Source of the DNA: a virus | DNA: 64,000 nucleotides | Strand: one strand, 5' to 3' | IMG/VR virus record: IMGVR_UViG_3300005825_000044 | Span: 35,962-99,961 of that record | Shown: positions 8,593 through 16,595 of the stretch, piece after piece | Numbering within the stretch: the first letter of the stretch is position 1 | Layout: each line of letters begins with the position of its first letter | The notes under the pieces: model-generated | What the model was told of the DNA's origin: nothing | Seen by the model: the letters and a program-made list of their open reading frames with translations, nothing else | Database searches by the model: none | Program-made: the position numbers and the translations under genes

Positions 8593-9650
8593 CAGACAGC
8601 CCCGATGCTCGGCGCCGCGACGAACGGGAGGACGAGGTCGTCGATCTCTCGGTCCCCGCTGAGCGCCCCGATAAGCGAGGAACCGCCACCGCCCGACGAC
8701 GATCCGTCGGAGTAGGTGATCGACTGGTCGCGGGTCCTGATCTGCGTGATGCGGGTCGCGGCCCGGGTGTCCGCGCGGTCGGAGTCGCTCAGGACCGCGA
8801 GGTCGCGCACCACTAGCAGGACCGCGGCGCGCACGAGGTCCTCGGGGATGGTCCCGGCGCTGACCAGCGGTGACCACTCCGTGTAGCCGAACGCACCCGT
8901 CACGAAGACGTTCCGGGTACCCGGCGGCCAGAACGTGAACAGCCGGTCGAAGTCAGAGACGTCGCCGCGGATCGCGATCCGCGGCAGGTAGAGGTCGTCG
9001 GCGACACCGGCCCCGAGGTGGCGGTTGTAGACGACGACGTCGTCCAGGGAGACCGCGGTCAGTTCCGGCGAGACCCCGCGGCTGAACACGGACACCGCGG
9101 AGACGCCCACGATCGGCTGCTGCACGAACAGCGTGTCGTGCTCCGGCCCGTCAAGCTCGAGCCGCATCGCGCGCGGCCCGAACCACCGCCGGGTCCAGCG
9201 CTCGACGAGCCGGGTCGCGATCCGGATCCGGCGCGCCAGCAGAGTGTCCGACGCAGTCGCTGTAGCGACGCCCTCGTCGCGGAGGTCGATGACCCTGCAC
9301 AGCGCACCGGCCGCAAGCTCCATCTTGCCGGCGCCGACGACCTCGTAGTCGCGGTGAACCTCCGTGACCTCGGGAGCCGCGCCGATCGTGTAGTACCACC
9401 GCACCTCGATGCCGCGCGCGGCGCCGTCCGCCGCCCAGGTCGCCGCGTAGTACCCCGTGCCGAGCCGGCCCGTGCCGCCGGTGTCGACGGCCTGGCGGCC
9501 CGACACCGGGTAGAACTGCACGCCGGCGGTGTCGTGGAGGGTGAACTCCAGCGAGTCGACGTCGACGAGTCGCTCACCGGACCGAACGAACAGCTCGATC
9601 TTCGCCGCGCTGGTGTGGTCGTACGTCTTGCCGCTGACGAGTGTGGTCAC
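8592..9650 (-). CDS. Head-tail adaptor protein with N-terminal Ig-like domain
   Basis: C-terminal IRIATRLVERWTRRWF...NVFVTGAFGY...IPEDLVRAAVLLV...IRTRDQSITY is adaptor-like; N-terminal FTLHD.AG....GTGYYAATW.....IEVRW is beta-sandwich-like. Confidence 0.72.
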   Translation of the reverse strand: MTTLVSGKTYDHTSAAKIELFVRSGERLVDVDSLEFTLHDTAGVQFYPVSGRQAVDTGGTGRLGTGYYAATWAADGAARGIEVRWYYTIGAAPEVTEVHRDYEVVGAGKMELAAGALCRVIDLRDEGVATATASDTLLARRIRIATRLVERWTRRWFGPRAMRLELDGPEHDTLFVQQPIVGVSAVSVFSRGVSPELTAVSLDDVVVYNRHLGAGVADDLYLPRIAIRGDVSDFDRLFTFWPPGTRNVFVTGAFGYTEWSPLVSAGTIPEDLVRAAVLLVVRDLAVLSDSDRADTRAATRITQIRTRDQSITYSDGSSSGGGGSSLIGALSGDREIDDLVLPFVAAPSIGAV

Positions 9651-9659
9651 GTGCAGAGG

Positions 9660-9845
9660 CTACGACGTGACGGGGGCCCCCGTCACCAGTTCGATAATCT
9701 CCGCGATCTCGTCGAGTAGTATGGATGGGTACAGCCAGCCGACCATCGTACTGATCACCCGCCGACGTTCAGCGATCTCGTCAGCCACGATCTGGTCGGT
9801 CAAAAACCCGACAGACGCGAGTTCGCGAAGCAGTCGAAGTTCCAC
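9660..9845 (-). CDS. Small hypothetical protein (61 aa, GTG start)
   Basis: MELRLLRELASVGFLTDQIVADE...; AAGG 6-9 nt before the GTG; fills the gap between two genes. Confidence 0.4.
   Translation of the reverse strand: MELRLLRELASVGFLTDQIVADEIAERRRVISTMVGWLYPSILLDEIAEIIELVTGAPVTS
9667..9686. repeat. Perfect 20-bp palindrome GTGACGGGGGCCCCCGTCAC
   Basis: Read directly; self-complementary. Confidence 0.9.
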
Positions 9846-9852
9846 CGCGCCC

Positions 9853-10320
9853 TTACTTCTTGCGACGACGCCGAGTGGCAGCCGGCTTGTCACCGTTGCC
9901 GGAGACCCGCCCGATCGGGACGAGCCCGTCGGTGTCGTCGTCATCCTCGCCTTCATCGTCGGGCTGCAGCATCTCCTGGGGGCCGCCACCGCGGGGCTTC
10001 TCCGTGGGTCGCCGCGCGGTCTCCACGCTCTTGCGCGGCGCGTTGGCGCGGCCGACAGGGGCGCGCTCCTGCACAACCGACTCCCTGTTCTCGAGCGCCT
10101 CTGCCTGCTCTCGGGTGCAGACGTCGAACGCCAGCGGGGAGCCGGGGTCGTAGCAGTCCTGGCGGTGAGTCTCGAGCTTGCGCGCGAGCCCCGCGGGGAC
10201 CTCGTACCAGCCGAGCCTCTCCTCGAAGCGGTAGCCCTCCGCGACGTACTTCCGGAGCTTGTGGCCGATTCGCGGGTTGTGCGGCTTCAGCCTGACGAGG
10301 AGTGTCTTCGGGTCGCTCAT
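9853..10320 (-). CDS. Hypothetical protein in head-neck region (acidic/basic disordered C-terminus)
   Basis: MSDPKTLLVRLKPHNPRIGH...; high-GC3 codons; ATG 7 nt after a TACTCT -10-like hexamer. Confidence 0.7.
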   Translation of the reverse strand: MSDPKTLLVRLKPHNPRIGHKLRKYVAEGYRFEERLGWYEVPAGLARKLETHRQDCYDPGSPLAFDVCTREQAEALENRESVVQERAPVGRANAPRKSVETARRPTEKPRGGGPQEMLQPDDEGEDDDDTDGLVPIGRVSGNGDKPAATRRRRKK

Positions 10321-10363
10321 GCCGCCGAGAGTACACCGAGGCGCGACGGACGCAAAACACCCC

Positions 10364-10383
10364 GTGTCTCCTCGAGGAGACAC
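10364..10383. repeat. Palindrome family copy 1, GTGTCTCCTCGAGGAGACAC (28 bp with CCCC/GGGG flanks)
   Basis: Exact match; intergenic. Confidence 0.97.
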
Positions 10384-10415
10384 GGGGCGCGGAGCACACC
10401 GGAGCGACCCCGCGG

Positions 10416-10718
10416 TCAGCCCTTGGTCGTCAGCAGCGTCGCGCCACTGGATGCCGTCACCTTCGCCGTCAGCTCGATCACGGTCGCGCGTAGCTCGTTC
10501 ACGAGCGCGCGCAGCGCGGCCATCTCGCCAGCGGTCGGCCCGTCCGTGAACGCCGGCAGCGCGGCCTCCGTGACGGGTGCAGCGACCGCTGTGGGCTGCA
10601 GCGCGGCGAGGTCGTCGGCGACGTCGCGCAGCGCAGTGGCGAGCGTGGGGTCGCCGCCGCTCTTGCCAGGCGAGAGGTTCGCCCCGCCGCTTCCGAATCG
10701 TTCAGTAATCGCCGCCAT
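10416..10718 (-). CDS. Putative head decoration/fibre protein
   Basis: 100 aa, Ala-rich with a C-terminal coiled coil (ALRALVNELRATVIEL), two genes downstream of the capsid gene. Confidence 0.5.
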   Translation of the reverse strand: MAAITERFGSGGANLSPGKSGGDPTLATALRDVADDLAALQPTAVAAPVTEAALPAFTDGPTAGEMAALRALVNELRATVIELTAKVTASSGATLLTTKG

Positions 10719-10775
10719 CGTTCACCTCTCCGGAGTCTTCGTTCAGGTTCGTGGGTCTTCGTTCACGCGCGACGA

Positions 10776-11114
10776 CTACTTCGAGATCACCAGCACGACG
10801 AACGTCACCGCCGCGAGGTTCGTCGCGTTCGGGACCTGGATGTCGGGACCGTCAGCGACCGCGTCCAGGTCCGAGTAGTAGGCCTTCAGCTTGTCGTTCG
10901 CCTTGTCGTAGCAGGGGTGGTAGCCGCCGCAGTCCTGCGGGATCACCGCGAGGATCTCGACGGCGCCCTTGCCGAGCGCGGCGCGGACCGCTGCCTGGAA
11001 TGCCGCGGTGCCGCCCGTCGGGTAGGCGCCGTCCGCGGCGAACGAGATCAGGTCGGCGTTGAAGGGGCCCCGCGCCGCCGACTTCTCCACCACAGTGATT
11101 GCACCGATTGCCAT
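10776..11114 (-). CDS. Putative capsid-associated protein
   Basis: 112 aa beta-rich ORF directly after the capsid gene (...DGAYPTGG...YDKANDKLKAY). Confidence 0.55.
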   Translation of the reverse strand: MAIGAITVVEKSAARGPFNADLISFAADGAYPTGGTAAFQAAVRAALGKGAVEILAVIPQDCGGYHPCYDKANDKLKAYYSDLDAVADGPDIQVPNATNLAAVTFVVLVISK

Positions 11115-11171
11115 CGCGTCTTTCTCCTCTGTTCGTTCGACGAAAGTGACCGCTACGAGAGCGGCGCGAGA

Positions 11172-12122
11172 TCAGGCGACCTTGATTCCGGTGGCCTTCA
11201 CCACCGCGGTCTCCTCGATGTACTTGAAGTCGTAGCGCAGGCTGACGACGATCTTCACGACGCCCTCGGAGATGTCCTTGTCGGTCTCGATGCGGATCTG
11301 GCGCCAGATGCCGACCGCGAAGTTCTTCGGGTCGGTAAGCAGAGCCACGGTCTCGTTCGTGCCGCCGCCGAGGTTCTCCGGGAACACCGGGACGTCGGTC
11401 AGCATCACGCCGCCGTAGCCGACGGGGGCCGCACCCTCGAGAGCGCGGTCACCGCTCGGGGTCGCGCGGTCCGAGAGCGTGTCGCGGTAGTCCAACTCGG
11501 CGTCGACCGAGGTGAAGATCCGCATCGCCGCCTTGTTGCGCAAGAACGGGCTCGGCATCGTCTTGAGCATGTCCCGCCAGATCGTCTTGTTCGCCTGGAC
11601 GGTGCCGGCAGCGACGACGTTCGAGGTCGCCGACTTGATGGCACCGTCGAACAGCGCGAGGAAGGAGTCAGCCGAGGTCGTGTCGCCGTTCGCGATGCCC
11701 TCGTCCATGTCCAGGGCCACGCGCTCGCCGATCAGCGACATGATCGTCTGCCGGAGCGTGTCGCGCTCGATGTTGTCCTCGAGCGTCTCGTTGTCGATTC
11801 GGACCTCGGCCTTCGCCAGCTTCGCGTCCAGCTCGACCTTGGAGAGGTCGGGCTTCGCGCGGTCCGCTTCGGAGAGCGCCGTCGCGGATGCACCGGCGCG
11901 CATGATGCGGCTCGCGAAGCGGATCTTCTCGACGCGCTGCTTCTGCGACTTCATCGGCACGACCGACGCGACCTTCATCAGCCGGCTCTCGTCGATCAGG
12001 ATCCGGATGAACTTCTGCGCCTGGGCGGGAAGGAGCAAACCGCCAGACGTGAGGTCGGCCAGCGCGAGGTCGGCCTTCGCGAGTAGATCGCGGTTGTCTT
12101 GGATTCCACCGTCGGCTGCCAT
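11172..12122 (-). CDS. Major capsid protein, HK97 fold (P2-like family)
   Basis: GGLLLPAQAQKFIRILIDESRLM...KVELDAKLAKAEVRI..ETLEDNIE...FLALFDGAIK...LTDPKNFAVGIWRQIRIETDKD; ATG 12122. Confidence 0.93.
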   Translation of the reverse strand: MAADGGIQDNRDLLAKADLALADLTSGGLLLPAQAQKFIRILIDESRLMKVASVVPMKSQKQRVEKIRFASRIMRAGASATALSEADRAKPDLSKVELDAKLAKAEVRIDNETLEDNIERDTLRQTIMSLIGERVALDMDEGIANGDTTSADSFLALFDGAIKSATSNVVAAGTVQANKTIWRDMLKTMPSPFLRNKAAMRIFTSVDAELDYRDTLSDRATPSGDRALEGAAPVGYGGVMLTDVPVFPENLGGGTNETVALLTDPKNFAVGIWRQIRIETDKDISEGVVKIVVSLRYDFKYIEETAVVKATGIKVA

Positions 12123-12204
12123 GTCTCGTTTCTCCGTTTCTGTTTCCGAGAACTTGCTGAGAGAGTCACACCGCGACGCGCTGTTCCGCAACGTCGCGAC
12201 ACCG

Positions 12205-13032
12205 TCAGGGCGTGAAGAACGACTTCTCGACCGGGGTGTTCGCCTTGGTCACGGGGCTGTTCATGTCGAGCGGCCACGACACGTCGGCTTCTCGCTTCTT
12301 CACGCGCTCGGCCTTCTCGAGGTCGACCTGCTGGGAGTCGCCGCGCGTGCTGCCGACCTTCTCGATCTTCTCGTCCAGACTGCCGATCATCGAGAGCACG
12401 CCGTCGAACGCCTTTCGGAGCTTATCGTTCAGCTCGCCGAACCGCTTCTCGACGTCGCTCTTCTCCGCCGCCGCCTCGTCGCCCTCACCACCGGCGGCCT
12501 CTGTGGCTGCGGGCGAAGGAGCCGCCTGCGGCTGAGCCGTGGCGCTCGGGGCGGTGCCGTCGAGCAGGTGACCGAGCAGGTTGCGGGCGTCCTCGAGCCG
12601 CGAGCGGAGACGCGCCTTCTCGACGTCTTCGGGCTTCTCTTCGGTACCGCTCGCAGCGGGAGTCTCCGCCTCTTCCTTCTGGACGCCGAACTCCTCGAGC
12701 CACGCCTCGTCTGCGCCGTCCTCGACGTCAGCACCCTCGAGCGCGGTCTTCAGCGCCGCGATCTTCTCCTCGAGCGCGGTCTTCATAGTCGCGCTGACCT
12801 TCTTCTTCTTTCCCGCAGCGGGTTGGTCGCCGGCCGACTGCTCGTCACCGCTCGCGCCGGCGATCTGACCGGGCTTCTTCTTCCCGGGGGGTACGGGAGG
12901 AGTCGCCGCCTTGACGACCAGGAACGAACGCTTGTTCGCGGCGCGGTCCACCGCGCTGACCTCCTCGGTCTCGATGTCGGTGAGGCGCGCGGTCGCTTCC
13001 TTGCGGATACGGGTGCGGTTGCGGGTCGTCAT
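12205..13032 (-). CDS. Scaffold-like protein
   Basis: N-terminal RLTDIETEEVSAVDRAANKRSFLVVK, then acidic coiled coil; immediately upstream of the capsid gene. Confidence 0.7.
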   Translation of the reverse strand: MTTRNRTRIRKEATARLTDIETEEVSAVDRAANKRSFLVVKAATPPVPPGKKKPGQIAGASGDEQSAGDQPAAGKKKKVSATMKTALEEKIAALKTALEGADVEDGADEAWLEEFGVQKEEAETPAASGTEEKPEDVEKARLRSRLEDARNLLGHLLDGTAPSATAQPQAAPSPAATEAAGGEGDEAAAEKSDVEKRFGELNDKLRKAFDGVLSMIGSLDEKIEKVGSTRGDSQQVDLEKAERVKKREADVSWPLDMNSPVTKANTPVEKSFFTP

Positions 13033-13090
13033 CTGGTCGGTGTCCCTTCGGGTGTGGCAGAAAAACTAACAGCGCTGGGATCGGTGCCGC

Positions 13091-13120
13091 AAGCGAACCG
13101 CGTCAGAGTGCGGTTCGCTT
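13091..13120. other. 11-bp perfect inverted repeat over the protease stop codon
   Basis: AAGCGAACCGC-gtcagagt-GCGGTTCGCTT. Confidence 0.6.
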
Positions 13121-13819
13121 CGCGGAGCCGCCGATCGAGAATCCGGTCAGGTCGCCCTTCTTGACGCCGCTCCACATCTCGTCGTCGACGACGCGGATCG
13201 CCATGCACCACGTGCCCTTCTTGACAGACTCCGTGCCGACCTCGAAGTCGCACGGGGCGATGAAGCTCTCCAGGATCTTGAGCTTGCCGGTGACGATCTC
13301 GGTGTGCTGCTTCCCGAGCTGCTGGTGGTTCTCCATGAAGCCGTGCGCGGTCTTCCGGATCTCGTCCGCGCTGTAGATGTCACCCTGGCTGTCCTCGGTC
13401 TCAGGCTCGAGCACGATCCCGAGAACGAAGCGCTCCTCTGCCGCATCGTCCTTCACGACGCGGACGCTGCCGAGCGCCTTCTCCACGCTCTCGTCGACGC
13501 CGCTCGGCTCCGGTTCGGGAGCGACGAGCACGGTGACCCCGGCGTCCTTCCGAACCGGCTCGGAGGTCACGAACAGAGCGCCCGGAGCGTCCGGGCTCCA
13601 GAACACGGTGTGCCCCTCCGGGACCGTCGACAGCGCCTTCTCGACGTCCGCGAAGCGGACCAGGACGTGGTCCTTCTTCTGGACCTCCGCGAGAGCAGGG
13701 TTCACGGAGCCGTCGTCGAGCACGTACGTCGGCTCGCCGCTGTGCTCCAGCGCGGAGCACGCGACGGCGAGCGTGGAGCCCGGCGCCGGTGCCGCGCTCT
13801 TTCGGACGCGGCGCCTCAC
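13103..13819 (-). CDS. Prohead protease, XkdF-like (peptidase S78-like)
   Basis: EERFVLGIVLEPETEDSQGD...IRKTAHGFM...H...ILESFIAP...GTW....V.DDEMWSGVKKGDLTGFSIGG; GTG 13819 overlaps the upstream TGA. Confidence 0.88.
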   Translation of the reverse strand: MRRRVRKSAAPAPGSTLAVACSALEHSGEPTYVLDDGSVNPALAEVQKKDHVLVRFADVEKALSTVPEGHTVFWSPDAPGALFVTSEPVRKDAGVTVLVAPEPEPSGVDESVEKALGSVRVVKDDAAEERFVLGIVLEPETEDSQGDIYSADEIRKTAHGFMENHQQLGKQHTEIVTGKLKILESFIAPCDFEVGTESVKKGTWCMAIRVVDDEMWSGVKKGDLTGFSIGGSAKRTAL

Positions 13820-14397
13820 TTCTCGTCGGCTCCCCAGATCGCGTCGGGGTCGCTGTACTTGCCGCCGACGAACTTCGCGGCCGCCATGTCCGAGGGCCAC
13901 ATCACCTCGCCCGCCGACTTCTGGACACCGTCGTCAGCCGTCTTCGCCGCGGGCGTGCCGAGCAGGGTCTCCAGCATCGCGGCCTCCTGGAGCATGCCGA
14001 TCAGCTTGGAGACCTTCCAGCGCGTGTCGTAGTCGTCCATGTTCGCCGACGCGAGGTCCATGTTCATCGACGCGCCGATCTCGGCGAGCTTCGCGGTCGC
14101 CGTGGACGCCTTCGAGATCGCGTCGCGCGCGGCGTCCGCGACGTCGCCGGTCTTGTCCTTGACCAGTGGCTCGACTTCGGCGACCGCCTCCTCGATCCGC
14201 TTCACGACGGCGCTGAGGTTCGACGCGACCGCGTTCGTGCCGGGGTTGCCAGACGCCACGGACTGAGCGGAGACCTCGGTCTGCGTCGGTGCTGGCCGCT
14301 GCATCGGGTCCTTCGTCACCGCCGGCGCGGAGCCGCCCGTGGCCTGGAACTTGGCGATCTCTGCACGGCTCTTCTCGAGCTGCTTCGCGATGTCCAT
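13816..14397 (-). CDS. Second scaffold-like coiled-coil protein
   Basis: ATG 14397 with SD; Ala-rich helical; C-terminal WPSDM echoes WPLDM of 12205..13032. Confidence 0.6.
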   Translation of the reverse strand: MDIAKQLEKSRAEIAKFQATGGSAPAVTKDPMQRPAPTQTEVSAQSVASGNPGTNAVASNLSAVVKRIEEAVAEVEPLVKDKTGDVADAARDAISKASTATAKLAEIGASMNMDLASANMDDYDTRWKVSKLIGMLQEAAMLETLLGTPAAKTADDGVQKSAGEVMWPSDMAAAKFVGGKYSDPDAIWGADEK

Positions 14398-14473
14398 TCT
14401 CGATTCCCTTTCGTGGGCCCGAGCCCAGCGTGAGTCTCCTCGGGCATTTATCACACCGCGAGCGGGGTCGCGT

Positions 14474-14800
14474 CTACCCCGGGCCGCTGTCTCCTCGAGG
14501 AGACACGTCGGGGGGCGCCCAGATCGATCGCTGGTTCTCGTGGGTCCACACTAGCCCGTCGAGCCGCGCGCGCAGCACGATCGGCAGCGTGTCGAGCACC
14601 CGCTCCAGCGACCACTTCGCACCGCTGCGCAGCTCTCGGAACTCACGCTCCAGGATCCCGAAGCGGCGCCGCGTCTCGCTCATCGTGACCCGCGACTTGT
14701 CGTCGGCGAACGACTTCTCGATGGCGCGCACGAACGCGCGCTGGATCTTCTTCAGCGCTGCGGGGTCCTCTGCGATCGCGTGGAAGAACTCTCCGGACAC
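14474..14800 (-). CDS. Hypothetical protein
   Basis: 108 aa with typical codon usage; last codons contain palindrome copy 2. Confidence 0.6.
   Translation of the reverse strand: MSGEFFHAIAEDPAALKKIQRAFVRAIEKSFADDKSRVTMSETRRRFGILEREFRELRSGAKWSLERVLDTLPIVLRARLDGLVWTHENQRSIWAPPDVSPRGDSGPG
14487..14506. repeat. Palindrome family copy 2 (cTGTCTCCTCGAGGAGACAC)
   Basis: 19/20 match, in the last codons of 14474..14800. Confidence 0.95.
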
Positions 14801-14810
14801 GCAGCGCAGT

Positions 14811-15533
14811 CTACACCGGGAACTCGTGCTGCGCGCGTAGAGCGTCGGCTACATCCACGAACCGACCAACGTAGACCTTCCTCCCACCGCGCCGCGCCCA
14901 GACCTCGTGAACACCACCCTTGAGCCGGATGTTCGCGTACTCTGCCCGAGGCCTCACGATGCGAGATGCGTCGATCTCCTCGGCGCTGTGTGGAACCCCC
15001 TCCGGAAAGTTGAGCGGCGCCGTGGGTAGGTTGGCAATCGCGTAGTGGTCACGAGCGGATGCGGCAAGCTCCGGCGACTGAAAGACCCCGAGCTGAATCT
15101 GTTCACCGTTCACGTTGCAGTACGCCCTGAAGTTCCCCGAATCCTCGATCCTTGCGACTCCCCTGTAGCCCAGCACCGCACGTGTCGGTTTCGTCTGGTT
15201 CAGCATGTTCTCAGAAGCCGAGACGACTCGGAGATTGCTCCGCCGGTTGTTGAGTCCATCACCGTCGATGTGGTCGACCTGCTTGCCTGCGGGCGCTCCA
15301 AGAATCCAGCGGTGCAGGTAGACCCGATTATTCTTGCCGTCGACTACGAAGTCGCGAGCGGCATACACATGTCCTGTCGACCGCTCACTCGCGAACCAAC
15401 AGCCAGCTACGACCGCGCGCGAGTAGTCTCCGGTATCCAGAAGCGTCGAGTAGCCCTTGGAGAGCACAAGCCTTCGGCAAAGGTGAAAACGCGCCACGCC
15501 ACGAACCCTACCCACATACAGCCTTTCTGACAA
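14811..15533 (-). mobile_element. Free-standing HNH homing endonuclease with AP2 domain(s)
   Basis: YLHRWIL...QVDHIDGDGLNNRRSNLR is the HNH motif; YRGV...FRAYCNV...IQLGVF...AASARD is AP2-like; GC visibly lower than flanks; TTG start. Confidence 0.92.
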
Positions 15534-16595
15534 CTAAACCAAAAAAATGTCTGAGCGGCATAACCCGTGAAGGGGAGGCTCCGGCGGTGCCGCGTTCACA
15601 AGCTCGTCGCCGCGCAGCGTGGTCCCGTACGAGCCGCGGTCGTCGCGACTTCCGAAGCCGGAGCGCGTGACCTCCGCGATCGTGGTGCGCTCCCCGTTGC
15701 GCTCCGTGAACAGGATCCGGCCGCCGCTCTCGTCCCGTCCCTGGCGCACCCAGGGTGACGCGTTGCGGACCTCCTCCGGGTTGTCCAGCGACATCACGGA
15801 CTCCATCTGCTCGACGCTCCGCGACGTCTGGAAGACCTGCCCGTCGTAGAACCTGCAGGTGTCGGTCGTCCGCTCGTCGAGCACGGCGCTGAACTGCCAG
15901 CGCTCCACGCCGGCGTCGGCGAGGCACATCACCTCGGAGTACGTCCGGGCCCGGTTCGTGTAGGCCGCCGCGACGACCTCGTAGTAGTGGTCGCTGCGCC
16001 GGATCTTCGACGCCAGCGCGTCGCCGAGCTGGCGGGCGACCTGCCTGCGGTCGAGCCCCTCGGAGAGCCCACGCGCGACGACCTCCCTGGCGACCGTCGA
16101 CGCGGCGCCGGCGCGCCTGCCGAACTCGTCGCGGACGAAGTTCACGTTCATCGTCCGGATCAGCTTCTCCGCGGTGAGGTCGCGCTGCGCGAGGCTGCCC
16201 TCGATGCGGAGCGAGTGCCGCCGCTTGAACGACAGCCGGGTGTCCCCGACCAGCTGGGCGCCGGTGACCTCGAGCGCCTCGTCGATCTTCGGCAGCGCGC
16301 CGGCGAGAGCCTCTGACGCGCCGCGGTTCACGGCAGCCAGTGCCGCCTCGAACTGGCGGGGGTTCAGCAGCTCCCAGTCGACGTCGGCCGCCGCCATCGC
16401 GCTCTCCAGCGCGCCGGCCTCGAACGGGTCGGCCGCGGCACGCATCCGCCGAGCGATGCGTGCCACGATCAGATCGAAGCCCCGTCTGCTCAGCGGGTCG
16501 ACGGCCTTCGCGATGTCGGCGAAGAACGCGCGCGCCGCAAGCTCCTCGACTGCGGCCGCGGCGTCCTCGAACGTGCTCGCAGCAGCGAGCGTCAC
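15534..16595 (-). CDS. Head morphogenesis protein (SPP1 gp7 / Mu gpF family)
   Basis: WQFSAVLDERTTDTCRFYDGQVF...PPLHGLCRS; follows the portal gene. Confidence 0.9.
   Translation of the reverse strand: MTLAAASTFEDAAAAVEELAARAFFADIAKAVDPLSRRGFDLIVARIARRMRAAADPFEAGALESAMAAADVDWELLNPRQFEAALAAVNRGASEALAGALPKIDEALEVTGAQLVGDTRLSFKRRHSLRIEGSLAQRDLTAEKLIRTMNVNFVRDEFGRRAGAASTVAREVVARGLSEGLDRRQVARQLGDALASKIRRSDHYYEVVAAAYTNRARTYSEVMCLADAGVERWQFSAVLDERTTDTCRFYDGQVFQTSRSVEQMESVMSLDNPEEVRNASPWVRQGRDESGGRILFTERNGERTTIAEVTRSGFGSRDDRGSYGTTLRGDELVNAAPPEPPLHGLCRSDIFLV

Noticed and set aside
3244-9650. Stand-alone eCIS or tailocin locus
   Set aside because: Portal, protease, capsid and terminase are present, so this is a phage.
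14811-15540. Group I intron carrying the HNH ORF
   Set aside because: No intron core seen and no downstream exon resuming the gp7 frame; the host gene already has its terminal CRS motif and stop.
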